A DNA stretch of 64,000 nt, from positions 33,795 through 97,794 of the IMG/VR virus record IMGVR_UViG_3300036942_000180; one strand, 5' to 3'. The stretch's first letter is position 1. The number at the start of each line of letters is the position of its first letter. This stretch comes from a virus. Both the position numbers and the translations under genes were made by a program. Shown here piece after piece: positions 19,869-28,720 of this stretch. Under the pieces are notes generated by a model. That model made no database searches. It was given only the letters and a program-made list of their open reading frames with translations, and was not told where the DNA came from.

Positions 19869-22463
19869 TTAATTCTTATTAGTTCTTTCATGACCTATTT
19901 CTCTTTTTTCTTTGTTTTTAAGAGTTCTAGGTAAAGCTAATCCACCTTGAAGGAGATCAGTATTGATTCCTGCAGCAGTCATATAAGCATCTATAACGTT
20001 CAATGTTTGCTTATCTTCAATATCGCTTTCTAATTCTCCTAGATTGGCGTAGCCTTCAAGAGATATTTTTTGCTCCATTTGCATTTTTTGCTTAGAGTCA
20101 TCAGATCGTGGTCCAAGGGCTTCTTTAAGGAACTTATCTGCACCCATAGCCACTAGACTTTCCATCTCTGGCTTGGTGATCGTTTATATTCATATAGATT
20201 CGCTAATATCTATACAGTTCTCTTATGAACTTCTATATGTTTCCATATAGACTAGACTATATCTTCACTTCTTTCGAAGTGTCTCCTGTTTCGAGTATCA
20301 ATAACTTATACTCTACTCCCTTTCGAGATAGTCGTTGAACATCTTATATTTAATTCAATATTTTTTCTTCTAGTATTTTTTCTATATTTTCTTTTTCCCA
20401 ATAAGGAATTCTAATTAATTTTATATTATTTTCATTACAAAAAATATTTTTTATTTCATCATTTTCTTTTTGTTTTTTAAATCTTTCTATTCCACCAAAA
20501 TAATCTATAGGTTGATAATGTTGTATTCCATCATATTCTAATAAAATAAAATCATCATCTGTTTCTATTTTAAAATCAAAAGGAAGATAGTTAATATTTT
20601 TACATTTTTCAATAACAAATTCATTTTCAAATTCTATATTTTTATCTTTCAACCAATTATGAATTATTTTTTCTCCTTTAGAAGCCTTACATTTAGGACA
20701 TCTAGTTCCTTCTAAAAAATGTAATGGTCGAACTGAATATTCATATCCACATTCTTCTATATCGTGTTTCATTATTACATTAGTATTATTATTAATATAT
20801 TTACTTAATAATATATAATCATTTCCTTCTAATTCATATATTTCCTGTTTAAATTCTTCAGTAGTTTTTCTTTCATTTCCAAAACACTTTGGACAACGTT
20901 GTCCATTATCTAAAAAATTATGTGGATTCATTTTAAATTCATGTCCACAACTTTCTATATTATGTTTAATTAATATTTTATCTTTATTATCTTTACCATA
21001 TTCAGTTAATGGAATATATCTATTACCAACTAATTTTTTCATTTCCCATTTAAATTGTTTATTTGATTTACCTTGTTTAAATTTTATATTATATTTTTTA
21101 ATTTTATTATAAATAGTTTTATAACTACAATTAAAATATTTACTGCATTCTTTTCTATTTAAAAATTTATCTTCTATTAATTCTTTTAGCTTTTTCCCAT
21201 TATTCTTATCAATATCTTTGTAACTTCTTTCTTCATTCAATTCTTCTTCTGTTATTAAATCTAACATATTTTACCTCCGATAGTAATTTATTTCCGATTT
21301 ATATAATAAATAGGAAACGAGACTCGGATAATCTCGCTTTCGGGTATATTGCCCTATCCTATTAAATATTTGTTTTATATTAAATTAATTAATAAAATGA
21401 TGCTGATTGCCCATTGTAATATCTATAAGGATTTTTAAGCATATCACGCTTACTGATTAAGTTACGTTGTAGCTCTTATAGCTTTAGGGTGTTCCAGCAA
21501 TTAAGGAGATTCTAACATGTATTTTAAATTAATACATGTCACGCTATTAAATAACGTGCAGCACGACTATCGCCAGTCACTTGATGAAACTTTTCATTGC
21601 GTTGCATATTATCTTGGGTATAAGTATTCTTTTTCATTAATTTTCATATAGAATCGTTAATTCTATATCTGATTCAGCTATACGTTTCCATATAGATAAG
21701 ACTATATCTTCACTAATTAAAGTGCTTCCTATTTCTACTATAAACTATAGTATACTATTAGTCGTTGGATGTTCTTATTATTAAAATATAATAAGATTCA
21801 CTGCTAATTACCATTTAAGGTTTCAAGCAATTAAGGAAATTTTACTTGAGCAAAATAGTTCACTCAATACCTGTTGTAATCTTTTCAAATGTAAATCGTG
21901 TTTTTTATATAGAATCATTAATTCTATACCATATAGCTATACGTTTCCATATAGACAAGATTATATCTTTACTAATCAATATAGCATTCTCTGTTTCTAT
22001 TGGATTTCCAATATACTAATAATCGTTGGATGTTCTTATTATTAAAATATAATAAGATTCACTGCTTATTATCTAATCAAAGACTTTCAAGCAATTAAGA
22101 GAATTTTAATTGGGCTATTTACGTGATTAACCCAACTGGAACTTTAGTTCTACTTCTAATCTCATTCCCGTCTTTATCAGGGTAATAGATATATTCTTCT
22201 AGCTCTATATCAAGTATGTCTGCCGCTTTCTTAACGCCTTCCATATCAAGTTCTTTTTCAAATGGCTCCGTCTCAAGATAGAAATTCTCACTATCATCTT
22301 CCAGAAAATCACTCAACCATTCGTCAAACTCCTTATTAGTGCTCATCTCTTCAAACTTATCCTTATATTTATCCTTATTATCACCTGAAGGGTCTAGTGT
22401 TTTCATAACATCATATACTAGGTTTTCTATTCTTTCTCTCTTATCAGTCGAAATTCCTGCCAT
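19869..22463 (-). CDS. Phage RNA polymerase beta C-terminal fragment (probably virion RNAP, phiKZ gp149-like); 4 exons, 253 aa
   Basis: Exons 22463-22130, 21896-21862, 21634-21554, 20180-19869 join in frame (762 nt): VPVGYLHLKRLQQVLS|KKN...QVTGDSRAAR|ITKPEMESLVAMGA...GPRSDD. Confidence 0.82.
20350..21267 (-). CDS. Intron-encoded endonuclease (HTH, Zn-ribbon repeats, EDxHD/Vsr-like nuclease)
   Basis: CGHEF...RCPKC x2; LPFDF...LEYDGIQH. Confidence 0.8.
   Translation of the reverse strand: MLDLITEEELNEERSYKDIDKNNGKKLKELIEDKFLNRKECSKYFNCSYKTIYNKIKKYNIKFKQGKSNKQFKWEMKKLVGNRYIPLTEYGKDNKDKILIKHNIESCGHEFKMNPHNFLDNGQRCPKCFGNERKTTEEFKQEIYELEGNDYILLSKYINNNTNVIMKHDIEECGYEYSVRPLHFLEGTRCPKCKASKGEKIIHNWLKDKNIEFENEFVIEKCKNINYLPFDFKIETDDDFILLEYDGIQHYQPIDYFGGIERFKKQKENDEIKNIFCNENNIKLIRIPYWEKENIEKILEEKILN
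21363..21374 (-). promoter_or_regulatory. Late-type promoter inside intron, upstream of endonuclease ORF
   Basis: AACA-AATATT-TA. Confidence 0.55.
21635..21861 (-). mobile_element. Group I intron, ORF-less (227 nt)
   Basis: P1 UUGAGU/GCUCAA; conserved core; terminal G. Confidence 0.9.
21897..22129 (-). mobile_element. Group I intron, ORF-less (233 nt)
   Basis: P1 UUGGGU/GCCCAA; P7 shows compensatory change (ACGAUUA / UAUAAUC). Confidence 0.9.
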
Positions 22464-22479
22464 AATTTAGCCTCCTATC

Positions 22480-22920
22480 TTAATCTATAATTTCTTCCAA
22501 TATTCCTTCGATAGTTTCCCTCTCAATGACATCTATTTCATCTATCAAGTTGTACAGCTTGAATTTATCTTCCTCTAAGTCGTAACAAATGTAATCATTA
22601 TCACTGAGATCTCCTATCACTACGTAGTTCATAGAAACAAAATCATAATCTAGAAACTCATTGACATTCAACATATTTTCATAACCAAGTATCATCACAT
22701 CTTTATCTTTATATTGAAAAAGAAATGGATCCTTAGACTTTATCAACTCGGTTACTTCGTCTGGAAACCTGTTGTTGTACTTTTTCTCCAGCTTATTTAT
22801 AGCTTTATTAGTTTTCGTATCGTGTTTCTTTTTCCTTATAGCATCCAACATAGAATTATTTTTAGAAGAAAACAGCCCTTCGCTAAGAAAGACTGTTTTA
22901 TTATAATTATTTAATTTCAT
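22480..22920 (-). CDS. SMI1/KNR4-like protein
   Basis: INKLEKKYNNRFPDE...VIGD...DYICYD pattern. Confidence 0.6.
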   Translation of the reverse strand: MKLNNYNKTVFLSEGLFSSKNNSMLDAIRKKKHDTKTNKAINKLEKKYNNRFPDEVTELIKSKDPFLFQYKDKDVMILGYENMLNVNEFLDYDFVSMNYVVIGDLSDNDYICYDLEEDKFKLYNLIDEIDVIERETIEGILEEIID

Positions 22921-23525
22921 TAATCATCACTCTTTTCTAACTTCTTTTCACCTTTATCTTTAATTTTCTTAGCATCTTTAACAAATTTATCATATTTTTT
23001 AGCTTTATTTTTATAAGTCTCAGATTTTTCTCCATCAGCTTTTTTAGCCTTATCTTCCATTTTATCTCTTTTCTTTTCATAAGTAGAAACATCTTTTCCA
23101 ATAGCTTTAACCATTACTTTAAGATCTGTTCCTTCCATTTTATCTACTTCTTTTTCTATTCCTTTCAAATAATCTTTTGCTCCATTATCTAAAATTTTTC
23201 CTTTAAGCGTCATGGCTTCCCCTAGTAAAGCTAAACTTCTAAACATTTCATCAAAATCATCATCTGTTTCCTCATCAATTATTTCTACATCCTCATTAGT
23301 TGATTTTTCTCCACTAACTGCGTCTTCTATCTGTTTGATGAGACCTTCTAACTGACCTTTGATGAGATTGAGATCATCTTCAGTTTCTTCATTCTCATCA
23401 TCTGCTTTGGCATCCTTGATATCTTTAAGAAAAGGTTTAGCAACCTTTAAAAATTCTTCTTTGTGCTTCTTAACAGCTTTCATAGCTTCACTTTCTTCAT
23501 TCAGTATGCTTTCATCTAAAAACAT
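22920..23525 (-). CDS. Charged coiled-coil protein, candidate internal head protein
   Basis: K/E/D-rich; begins MFLDESILNEE. Confidence 0.55.
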   Translation of the reverse strand: MFLDESILNEESEAMKAVKKHKEEFLKVAKPFLKDIKDAKADDENEETEDDLNLIKGQLEGLIKQIEDAVSGEKSTNEDVEIIDEETDDDFDEMFRSLALLGEAMTLKGKILDNGAKDYLKGIEKEVDKMEGTDLKVMVKAIGKDVSTYEKKRDKMEDKAKKADGEKSETYKNKAKKYDKFVKDAKKIKDKGEKKLEKSDD

Positions 23526-23544
23526 AATTATTCACTTCTCCTTT

Positions 23545-23739
23545 TTAATTTAATATTATTAATAATCTAACTATTAGACTAAATACAATCATTATCAAAA
23601 AATAATATAAAGCTTTTGATTGAAATAATTTATCAGTAGCTTTTCTATTGTTAAATATATAAAAATCAATAGCAAAAGAAAACACTAAAAATACAGTCAA
23701 TATTACCAATGAAAGAAATACATTAGAAAGGAATATCAT
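23545..23739 (-). CDS. Small two-TM membrane protein
   Basis: Two hydrophobic segments. Confidence 0.6.
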   Translation of the reverse strand: MIFLSNVFLSLVILTVFLVFSFAIDFYIFNNRKATDKLFQSKALYYFLIMIVFSLIVRLLIILN

Positions 23740-23999
23740 TTTAAATCATTCTTTTCAATGTATTCTCCAAGTTCTGAATCGTCACTGATGTTAATGTCGT
23801 ACTCATCTGCTTTCTTAATGATATTCTTTGCTAATATTTCTTTATCTTTACCTTTAGCGTGATAGAAGAATTGAATTGCTTTTCTAACATGTTCTTCATC
23901 ATGTAAAGGGAATTTTCTCTTCTCAGGTATTCCGAAATCGTCATCATCCAATTTTTCTCTTTCTTCTTTAGATAATTCTTCTTCATTTAAAAATAGCAT
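23736..23999 (-). CDS. DUF6582-like protein
   Basis: LSKEEREKLDDDDFGIPEKRKFPLHDEEHVRKAI motif. Confidence 0.65.
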   Translation of the reverse strand: MLFLNEEELSKEEREKLDDDDFGIPEKRKFPLHDEEHVRKAIQFFYHAKGKDKEILAKNIIKKADEYDINISDDSELGEYIEKNDLK

Positions 24000-24328
24000 T
24001 AATAATCACCTTTGTTTATCTTTCTATTTTTCCATCTTAATTTACCATCAAATTCATTGATTGAATATTGATCTTCTTCGAATTCACTTTCACACCAAGT
24101 TTTAAAGTCTTCTTTATAACCATCAAATAGAGGGAATAATTCTTCATCCTCTAAATATAAAATCGTATAACCGTCACCTTCTTCTCCATCGTAACACTTA
24201 GTGCTTTCACTTAAATTTAAAAATACTCCTTCAATTATATACTGCATTGAAGATATTTGCCCACATACTTCGTTGCTAGCATGACCAGTAGTTTCATAAC
24301 CATTTTCATAAAAATTTATTGTTATCAT
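23999..24328 (-). CDS. prp: Prp-like cysteine protease (ribosomal L27-processing family)
   Basis: GHA...VCGQISS catalytic His/Cys pattern; about 110 aa. Confidence 0.7.
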   Translation of the reverse strand: MITINFYENGYETTGHASNEVCGQISSMQYIIEGVFLNLSESTKCYDGEEGDGYTILYLEDEELFPLFDGYKEDFKTWCESEFEEDQYSINEFDGKLRWKNRKINKGDY

Positions 24329-24334
24329 CTATTA

Positions 24335-25504
24335 TCACTTTCCTGTGAAGGTCTGCTGGATTTCGAAGATAAAATACATGTAAGTCCCTCTGCGGAAGTT
24401 CGATAAAGTTGCAGCTCTGGAACTCTTAACGTATCTATCTGAATAGTTACTCAACCAATGATCTAATATTTCTTTAATTCTAATAACACTATCGTTCTTA
24501 GTATTGCTCTTGGAAAGTATCTTTTGACCTTGTAGGATGAACTTCTTTGACCCAACAGTGTCAGACTTATTACCTTCGTCCACCAAGTAAACCTGAAGTG
24601 TATTAGTTATTAATTCTTTTATTAATTCATTTTCATTTTCTATTATCTTTACTATAGCTTCATGAAGACCTTTTTCTGAAATACCAGATATATTAGCAGA
24701 TATCTTAACTACCTCTCTGTTTACCCCATCGTTGATAATAGTCATTGTAGCGTTGTTGGATAGCTTAGATATCAATAGAGAATTATTTTCTATTTCTCTA
24801 TAATCTTCTTCTTTAAAAGATTCATATTCTTGATTGATATAACGCCCCTCATCTGCTACGATATAATACTTGTTCGCTATATTTTTAATCACACTATTCA
24901 AGCGGTCGCGCCAATACATAAGGTAATCCTTAGCAGACTCATCATCAGCATCAACTAATAATTCAGTGTAGGTTGTCTGAAATACCTCCATCTTCTTATT
25001 GAGCATCTTGAACAAGTTACCTTCACTTTTAATATCATATTTATTACTCATCTCACTAACCGTATACCTCATGATATTATCATTAGGCTCGTAAGGAAAA
25101 AATTTATAATGTAATGATGAATAAAAATAAAGTGTAAGATACATTAAACATTTATAAGCTTCATCTTGTTTATTATTTACATAAAAATATCTAATAATTC
25201 CAAACATGACCCATGGAAAAGTATTAGGAAGTAATTGCCATCTACCATCTACAAATTTATTTTTCTTAATATAATTTTCCATAGTCCTTTTATCTAAACC
25301 AGTTAACTCGAAAGGTTTTTTAACTTGATACTCATTCTCCTTATTATTACCGAAGAAAAGTCTTTGAGTTATTAAATCAGTATATAATTTATCTGAATTA
25401 GAATCTATATATTCAGCTACTAGATCCAACATTTCTTTTTGATTTCTCTTTGTAAAGTTTTCTTCTATAATTGGATATATCTCTTCCAAATAGTATTTGC
25501 TCAA
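24335..25504 (-). CDS. Hypothetical jumbo phage protein
   Basis: 389-aa ORF heading a late-like operon. Confidence 0.7.
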   Translation of the reverse strand: MSKYYLEEIYPIIEENFTKRNQKEMLDLVAEYIDSNSDKLYTDLITQRLFFGNNKENEYQVKKPFELTGLDKRTMENYIKKNKFVDGRWQLLPNTFPWVMFGIIRYFYVNNKQDEAYKCLMYLTLYFYSSLHYKFFPYEPNDNIMRYTVSEMSNKYDIKSEGNLFKMLNKKMEVFQTTYTELLVDADDESAKDYLMYWRDRLNSVIKNIANKYYIVADEGRYINQEYESFKEEDYREIENNSLLISKLSNNATMTIINDGVNREVVKISANISGISEKGLHEAIVKIIENENELIKELITNTLQVYLVDEGNKSDTVGSKKFILQGQKILSKSNTKNDSVIRIKEILDHWLSNYSDRYVKSSRAATLSNFRRGTYMYFIFEIQQTFTGK

Positions 25505-25575
25505 CTCATTAACATCTCCTTTCTTTTATAAAAAAAAAATAGACGGGAAGATAATCCCGTCATATTTTAATGATT

Positions 25576-25587
25576 TATTTTATTGTT
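25576..25587 (-). promoter_or_regulatory. Late-type promoter AACA-N6-TA
   Basis: AACA-ATAAAA-TA. Confidence 0.5.
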
Positions 25588-25614
25588 ACAATTTATTTAA
25601 TTAAATAAACTATT

Positions 25615-25791
25615 TTAGTTAGTGATGGTTTTGGTGAAGTTATCACCTTTAAAATGTCCATTGAAAGAAGATATTTTTAATTTGGCTTCTTCATCACAAA
25701 GATCGCATTCTGCAGAATGTCTATCTTCGATCTTTTTCATTTTTTCAAATTCATTACCACAATTATTACACTTATATTTATATATTGGCAT
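25615..25791 (-). CDS. FmdB-family zinc-ribbon protein (58 aa, not in ORF track)
   Basis: MPIYKYKCNNCGNEFE...CDLC; AAGGAG RBS. Confidence 0.8.
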   Translation of the reverse strand: MPIYKYKCNNCGNEFEKMKKIEDRHSAECDLCDEEAKLKISSFNGHFKGDNFTKTITN

Positions 25792-25806
25792 TTTGATTGA
25801 TTCTCC

Positions 25807-26346
25807 TTACTTATATATTTTACCTTCTCTAGTTCTAATTATTCTAATTACTTTTTGAAGAAATTGAACCATATATTTAGATAATATTACTGGCTTTCCA
25901 TTAGGTTTTGTCATCCCTACTGTATTGCCTTTTCCTAAAATGTCATATTCGAACACTTGTTCTTGATATAAGAATTTTAGTATTCCTTCGACTACAGTAG
26001 AGTCTTCCTTGACCCATCCTTCTACTGCGAATATGTCGACTCCATTATGATGTTCATTGCGGAAATTGATTCTAATCTTATCATCTATTTTATATATCTC
26101 TTTCTCATAATCCATATGAATAAGGTTCTCACCGTACTTAACCTTCCAATCCAAGTACTCTTCCAAATAAGTGATTCTCTTAGGACCAACTTGATATATG
26201 TCTTCTATATCTTTTAGATCTTTCTTGGATATATTTTTATACCCAGCTTCTTTTAACCTTTCGGTAAGAGTTTCACCCCACTTAAGAGCATATTTAATAT
26301 CTTCTACTTTGACTCCTCTTTTTTTCAAAATATTCCTCCTTTTCAT
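25807..26346 (-). CDS. Hypothetical protein (true start probably a TTG about 6 codons in)
   Basis: AGGAGG precedes TTG AAA AAA AGA. Confidence 0.6.
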   Translation of the reverse strand: MKRRNILKKRGVKVEDIKYALKWGETLTERLKEAGYKNISKKDLKDIEDIYQVGPKRITYLEEYLDWKVKYGENLIHMDYEKEIYKIDDKIRINFRNEHHNGVDIFAVEGWVKEDSTVVEGILKFLYQEQVFEYDILGKGNTVGMTKPNGKPVILSKYMVQFLQKVIRIIRTREGKIYK

Positions 26347-26623
26347 GCACTTCTAAAATTAGAATATCCTCTTCTCCATTTAATTCTGAGATAATTTTAA
26401 AATTATTATTCTCGTTTAATAAAATTAACTTTTCTCCTTCTAACATATTTCTTCTCTCTTTTATCATCTTTTTTAGTTTTTCTAAACTTTTTTCTAATAC
26501 ATCTAAATCTATTCCTTTTTTATAGAAAACATCTTCTATGATGCAACTATAATTGATAATTTCATAACCAGTATCTTCACTTAAAAAATTAGCTATATCT
26601 TCATAGTTATCTAACTTAACCAT
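26294..26623 (-). CDS. Hypothetical protein
   Basis: 109-aa ORF with GGAGG RBS. Confidence 0.6.
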   Translation of the reverse strand: MVKLDNYEDIANFLSEDTGYEIINYSCIIEDVFYKKGIDLDVLEKSLEKLKKMIKERRNMLEGEKLILLNENNNFKIISELNGEEDILILEVHEKEEYFEKKRSQSRRY

Positions 26624-26816
26624 CTTTATTCCTCCCCATCAATTATTTCTTTAATATTGTGATAGATGTTATCAGTAGAATCCTTAATACCTTCAAAATA
26701 AGAGTAATCATCACTTTCATAACTCACATCATCTAATTTACTGTTCTCCTTTTTCTTTTCTAAAAATTCCAATATTTTCTCTAATTTTTCTTTATCATTC
26801 ATTTATTAAACCTCCT

Positions 26817-27476
26817 TTATTTATTTTCCATCTTATTTTCCATGAGTAATTTTTTATACTTAACTCCCACTCTTTCGTTTTCTGATTTATCAAATGTTTC
26901 TAAGAAACCAAATATATCCAAGTATTCTCCATTTATATATCTTCTTATATGAGTTCCATCAGAATAATTAAGATTTACTTCTTCTTCAGTTTCTATCATA
27001 TCGCAATAAGGATTGTCACCATAAAGTTTATCTAAATCATGAAAATAAACTTCCCTATCTATATAATCATTAGTATTTCTTATTAACCTATTGATTGACA
27101 AACCATGGGAGTTATATATAGCCTTTTCTAGTGAATCCCTAATGCTATCAAAAAGATCCTTCTTTTCCTCGCTCCATAGTGACTCTAAAGTTGTATAAAA
27201 ACTTACACTAAATTCTTTTCTATATATAGTATTGATAAATTTATCATGTTCTAAAAATTTTTGAAGAGTGTATGATAAATAATCTTGGTTATCAATTAAC
27301 TTATTTCTTTCTTTTTCATTCAATTTGTCTAAATAAACCATCCATTGCTCCATAAAATATTTAAAACCTTGATTCTCTTGATGCATATCAAATTCAAATA
27401 TAGAATCAATATATATTTTATAATACTTTAGAAAATTATCATCCTGATTTTCTAAATTGATTTCCATTTCTTTCAT
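26817..27476 (-). CDS. Hypothetical protein with C-terminal motif; paralog of 27661-28335
   Basis: Alignable by eye throughout; ends KKLLMENKMENK. Confidence 0.7.
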   Translation of the reverse strand: MKEMEINLENQDDNFLKYYKIYIDSIFEFDMHQENQGFKYFMEQWMVYLDKLNEKERNKLIDNQDYLSYTLQKFLEHDKFINTIYRKEFSVSFYTTLESLWSEEKKDLFDSIRDSLEKAIYNSHGLSINRLIRNTNDYIDREVYFHDLDKLYGDNPYCDMIETEEEVNLNYSDGTHIRRYINGEYLDIFGFLETFDKSENERVGVKYKKLLMENKMENK

Positions 27477-27660
27477 AAATTATTCATCTCCCTCTTCTTT
27501 TTCTATTTCTACATTAATTATGGGTTCCGAATCTGAAACTGGGATTAGAAATAGCAACGCTAATAAGGACTTAACATCTTTTGTCAGATACAAAGCTACT
27601 AAAACACATATGATTATTCCTATCGATATTATTATCTTGCTGGTTGAATTGTCATCCATG

Positions 27661-28335
27661 TTAATTCTCCTTTATTTTGTTTTCCATATTTTCTTTCTTG
27701 TAAGCAATACCCACTCTTACCTCGTCAGATTCTTCAAACGCTTTAACTATTCCAAAGACATCGTAGTAGCTCCCATCCACCAATATCTTTTTGTAACTTT
27801 CATCCCTCCAACCCAAATTGACTATCTCCTCTTCATAATCACCTTCGTAGAAAGGATTTTTAACTATATATTGATAGTCGTAATAAGTTTCTTTTCCATT
27901 AAAATATACTTGAGTGTTCCTAGCTATTCTTTTAGTAGCTGATAAGTGCATATTATAAAGCGACTTCTCCATATTATTTCTAATGACTTTTAATAGTTCC
28001 ATCCTATTATTTATTAATGATTCCATTTCTTCAGGGTAACTTTCATTATACCAACCTAAGCCATATCTTATCATTGATATAAACTCCCTATTCTCCATGA
28101 TCTTCGACATAGCCCAACTTAAGTAATCTGGATTATTTAATAATTTTTTTACTTGCTCATCAGTAATTCTATTTAAATATGCAATCATATGAGTAAGAAA
28201 ATAGTCTGTTGCTTTATTATGTCTATTTCTATTGTCAATACACATTGCATCTATATATGCTTTAAATGATTTTAAGAAAGCATCATTAGAATTTAATTTA
28301 AACTCCATTTCTTTTCTTTTTCTTTTACTAGGCAT
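27661..28335 (-). CDS. Hypothetical protein with C-terminal motif; paralog of 26817-27476
   Basis: Ends KKENMENKIKEN. Confidence 0.7.
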   Translation of the reverse strand: MPSKRKRKEMEFKLNSNDAFLKSFKAYIDAMCIDNRNRHNKATDYFLTHMIAYLNRITDEQVKKLLNNPDYLSWAMSKIMENREFISMIRYGLGWYNESYPEEMESLINNRMELLKVIRNNMEKSLYNMHLSATKRIARNTQVYFNGKETYYDYQYIVKNPFYEGDYEEEIVNLGWRDESYKKILVDGSYYDVFGIVKAFEESDEVRVGIAYKKENMENKIKEN

Positions 28336-28408
28336 TATAAATTCCTCCTTAATATTCTAAAAAATTAAAAGAGATACTAGGAATTAACCCAGTATCTCAA
28401 TAATTTGC

Positions 28409-28651
28409 TTAAGCTAAGAGTTCACAACTCGATTCATTCCAATCTGTAGTTTCTCCCTTTTTAGTTCCATTCAATCTTTCTACTCTAAATCGAAGAGTTT
28501 CTCCATCATTTCCATAATAGAATCCATCCACTCTTCCAACGTCGCCTTTTTCTGGATTGGGTAAGTTGTCGTTAATAACGACTGCACCATCTAAATAATT
28601 ATGATTAGGTTCACCATTGATTAACCTTTGTAAATTTCTACCTCTTGGCAT
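28409..28651 (-). CDS. Hypothetical protein (possible SH3-like barrel)
   Basis: 80-aa ORF with RBS. Confidence 0.6.
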   Translation of the reverse strand: MPRGRNLQRLINGEPNHNYLDGAVVINDNLPNPEKGDVGRVDGFYYGNDGETLRFRVERLNGTKKGETTDWNESSCELLA

Positions 28652-28720
28652 TTAAAACCACTCCTATTATTTATTTTTAATGGGGACATAGAAATTAATC
28701 TACATCCCTATTAAATTCCA

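Larger units (their letters stand above)
20181..21553 (-). mobile_element. Group I intron with homing endonuclease ORF (1373 nt)
   Basis: P1 CACGU/GCGUG; shared large-intron core; ends AAACG. Confidence 0.9.

Noticed and set aside
25807-26623. Programmed frameshift at the A-rich overlap of two ORFs
   Set aside because: Downstream ORF has its own AGGAGG plus TTG start; simple overlap suffices
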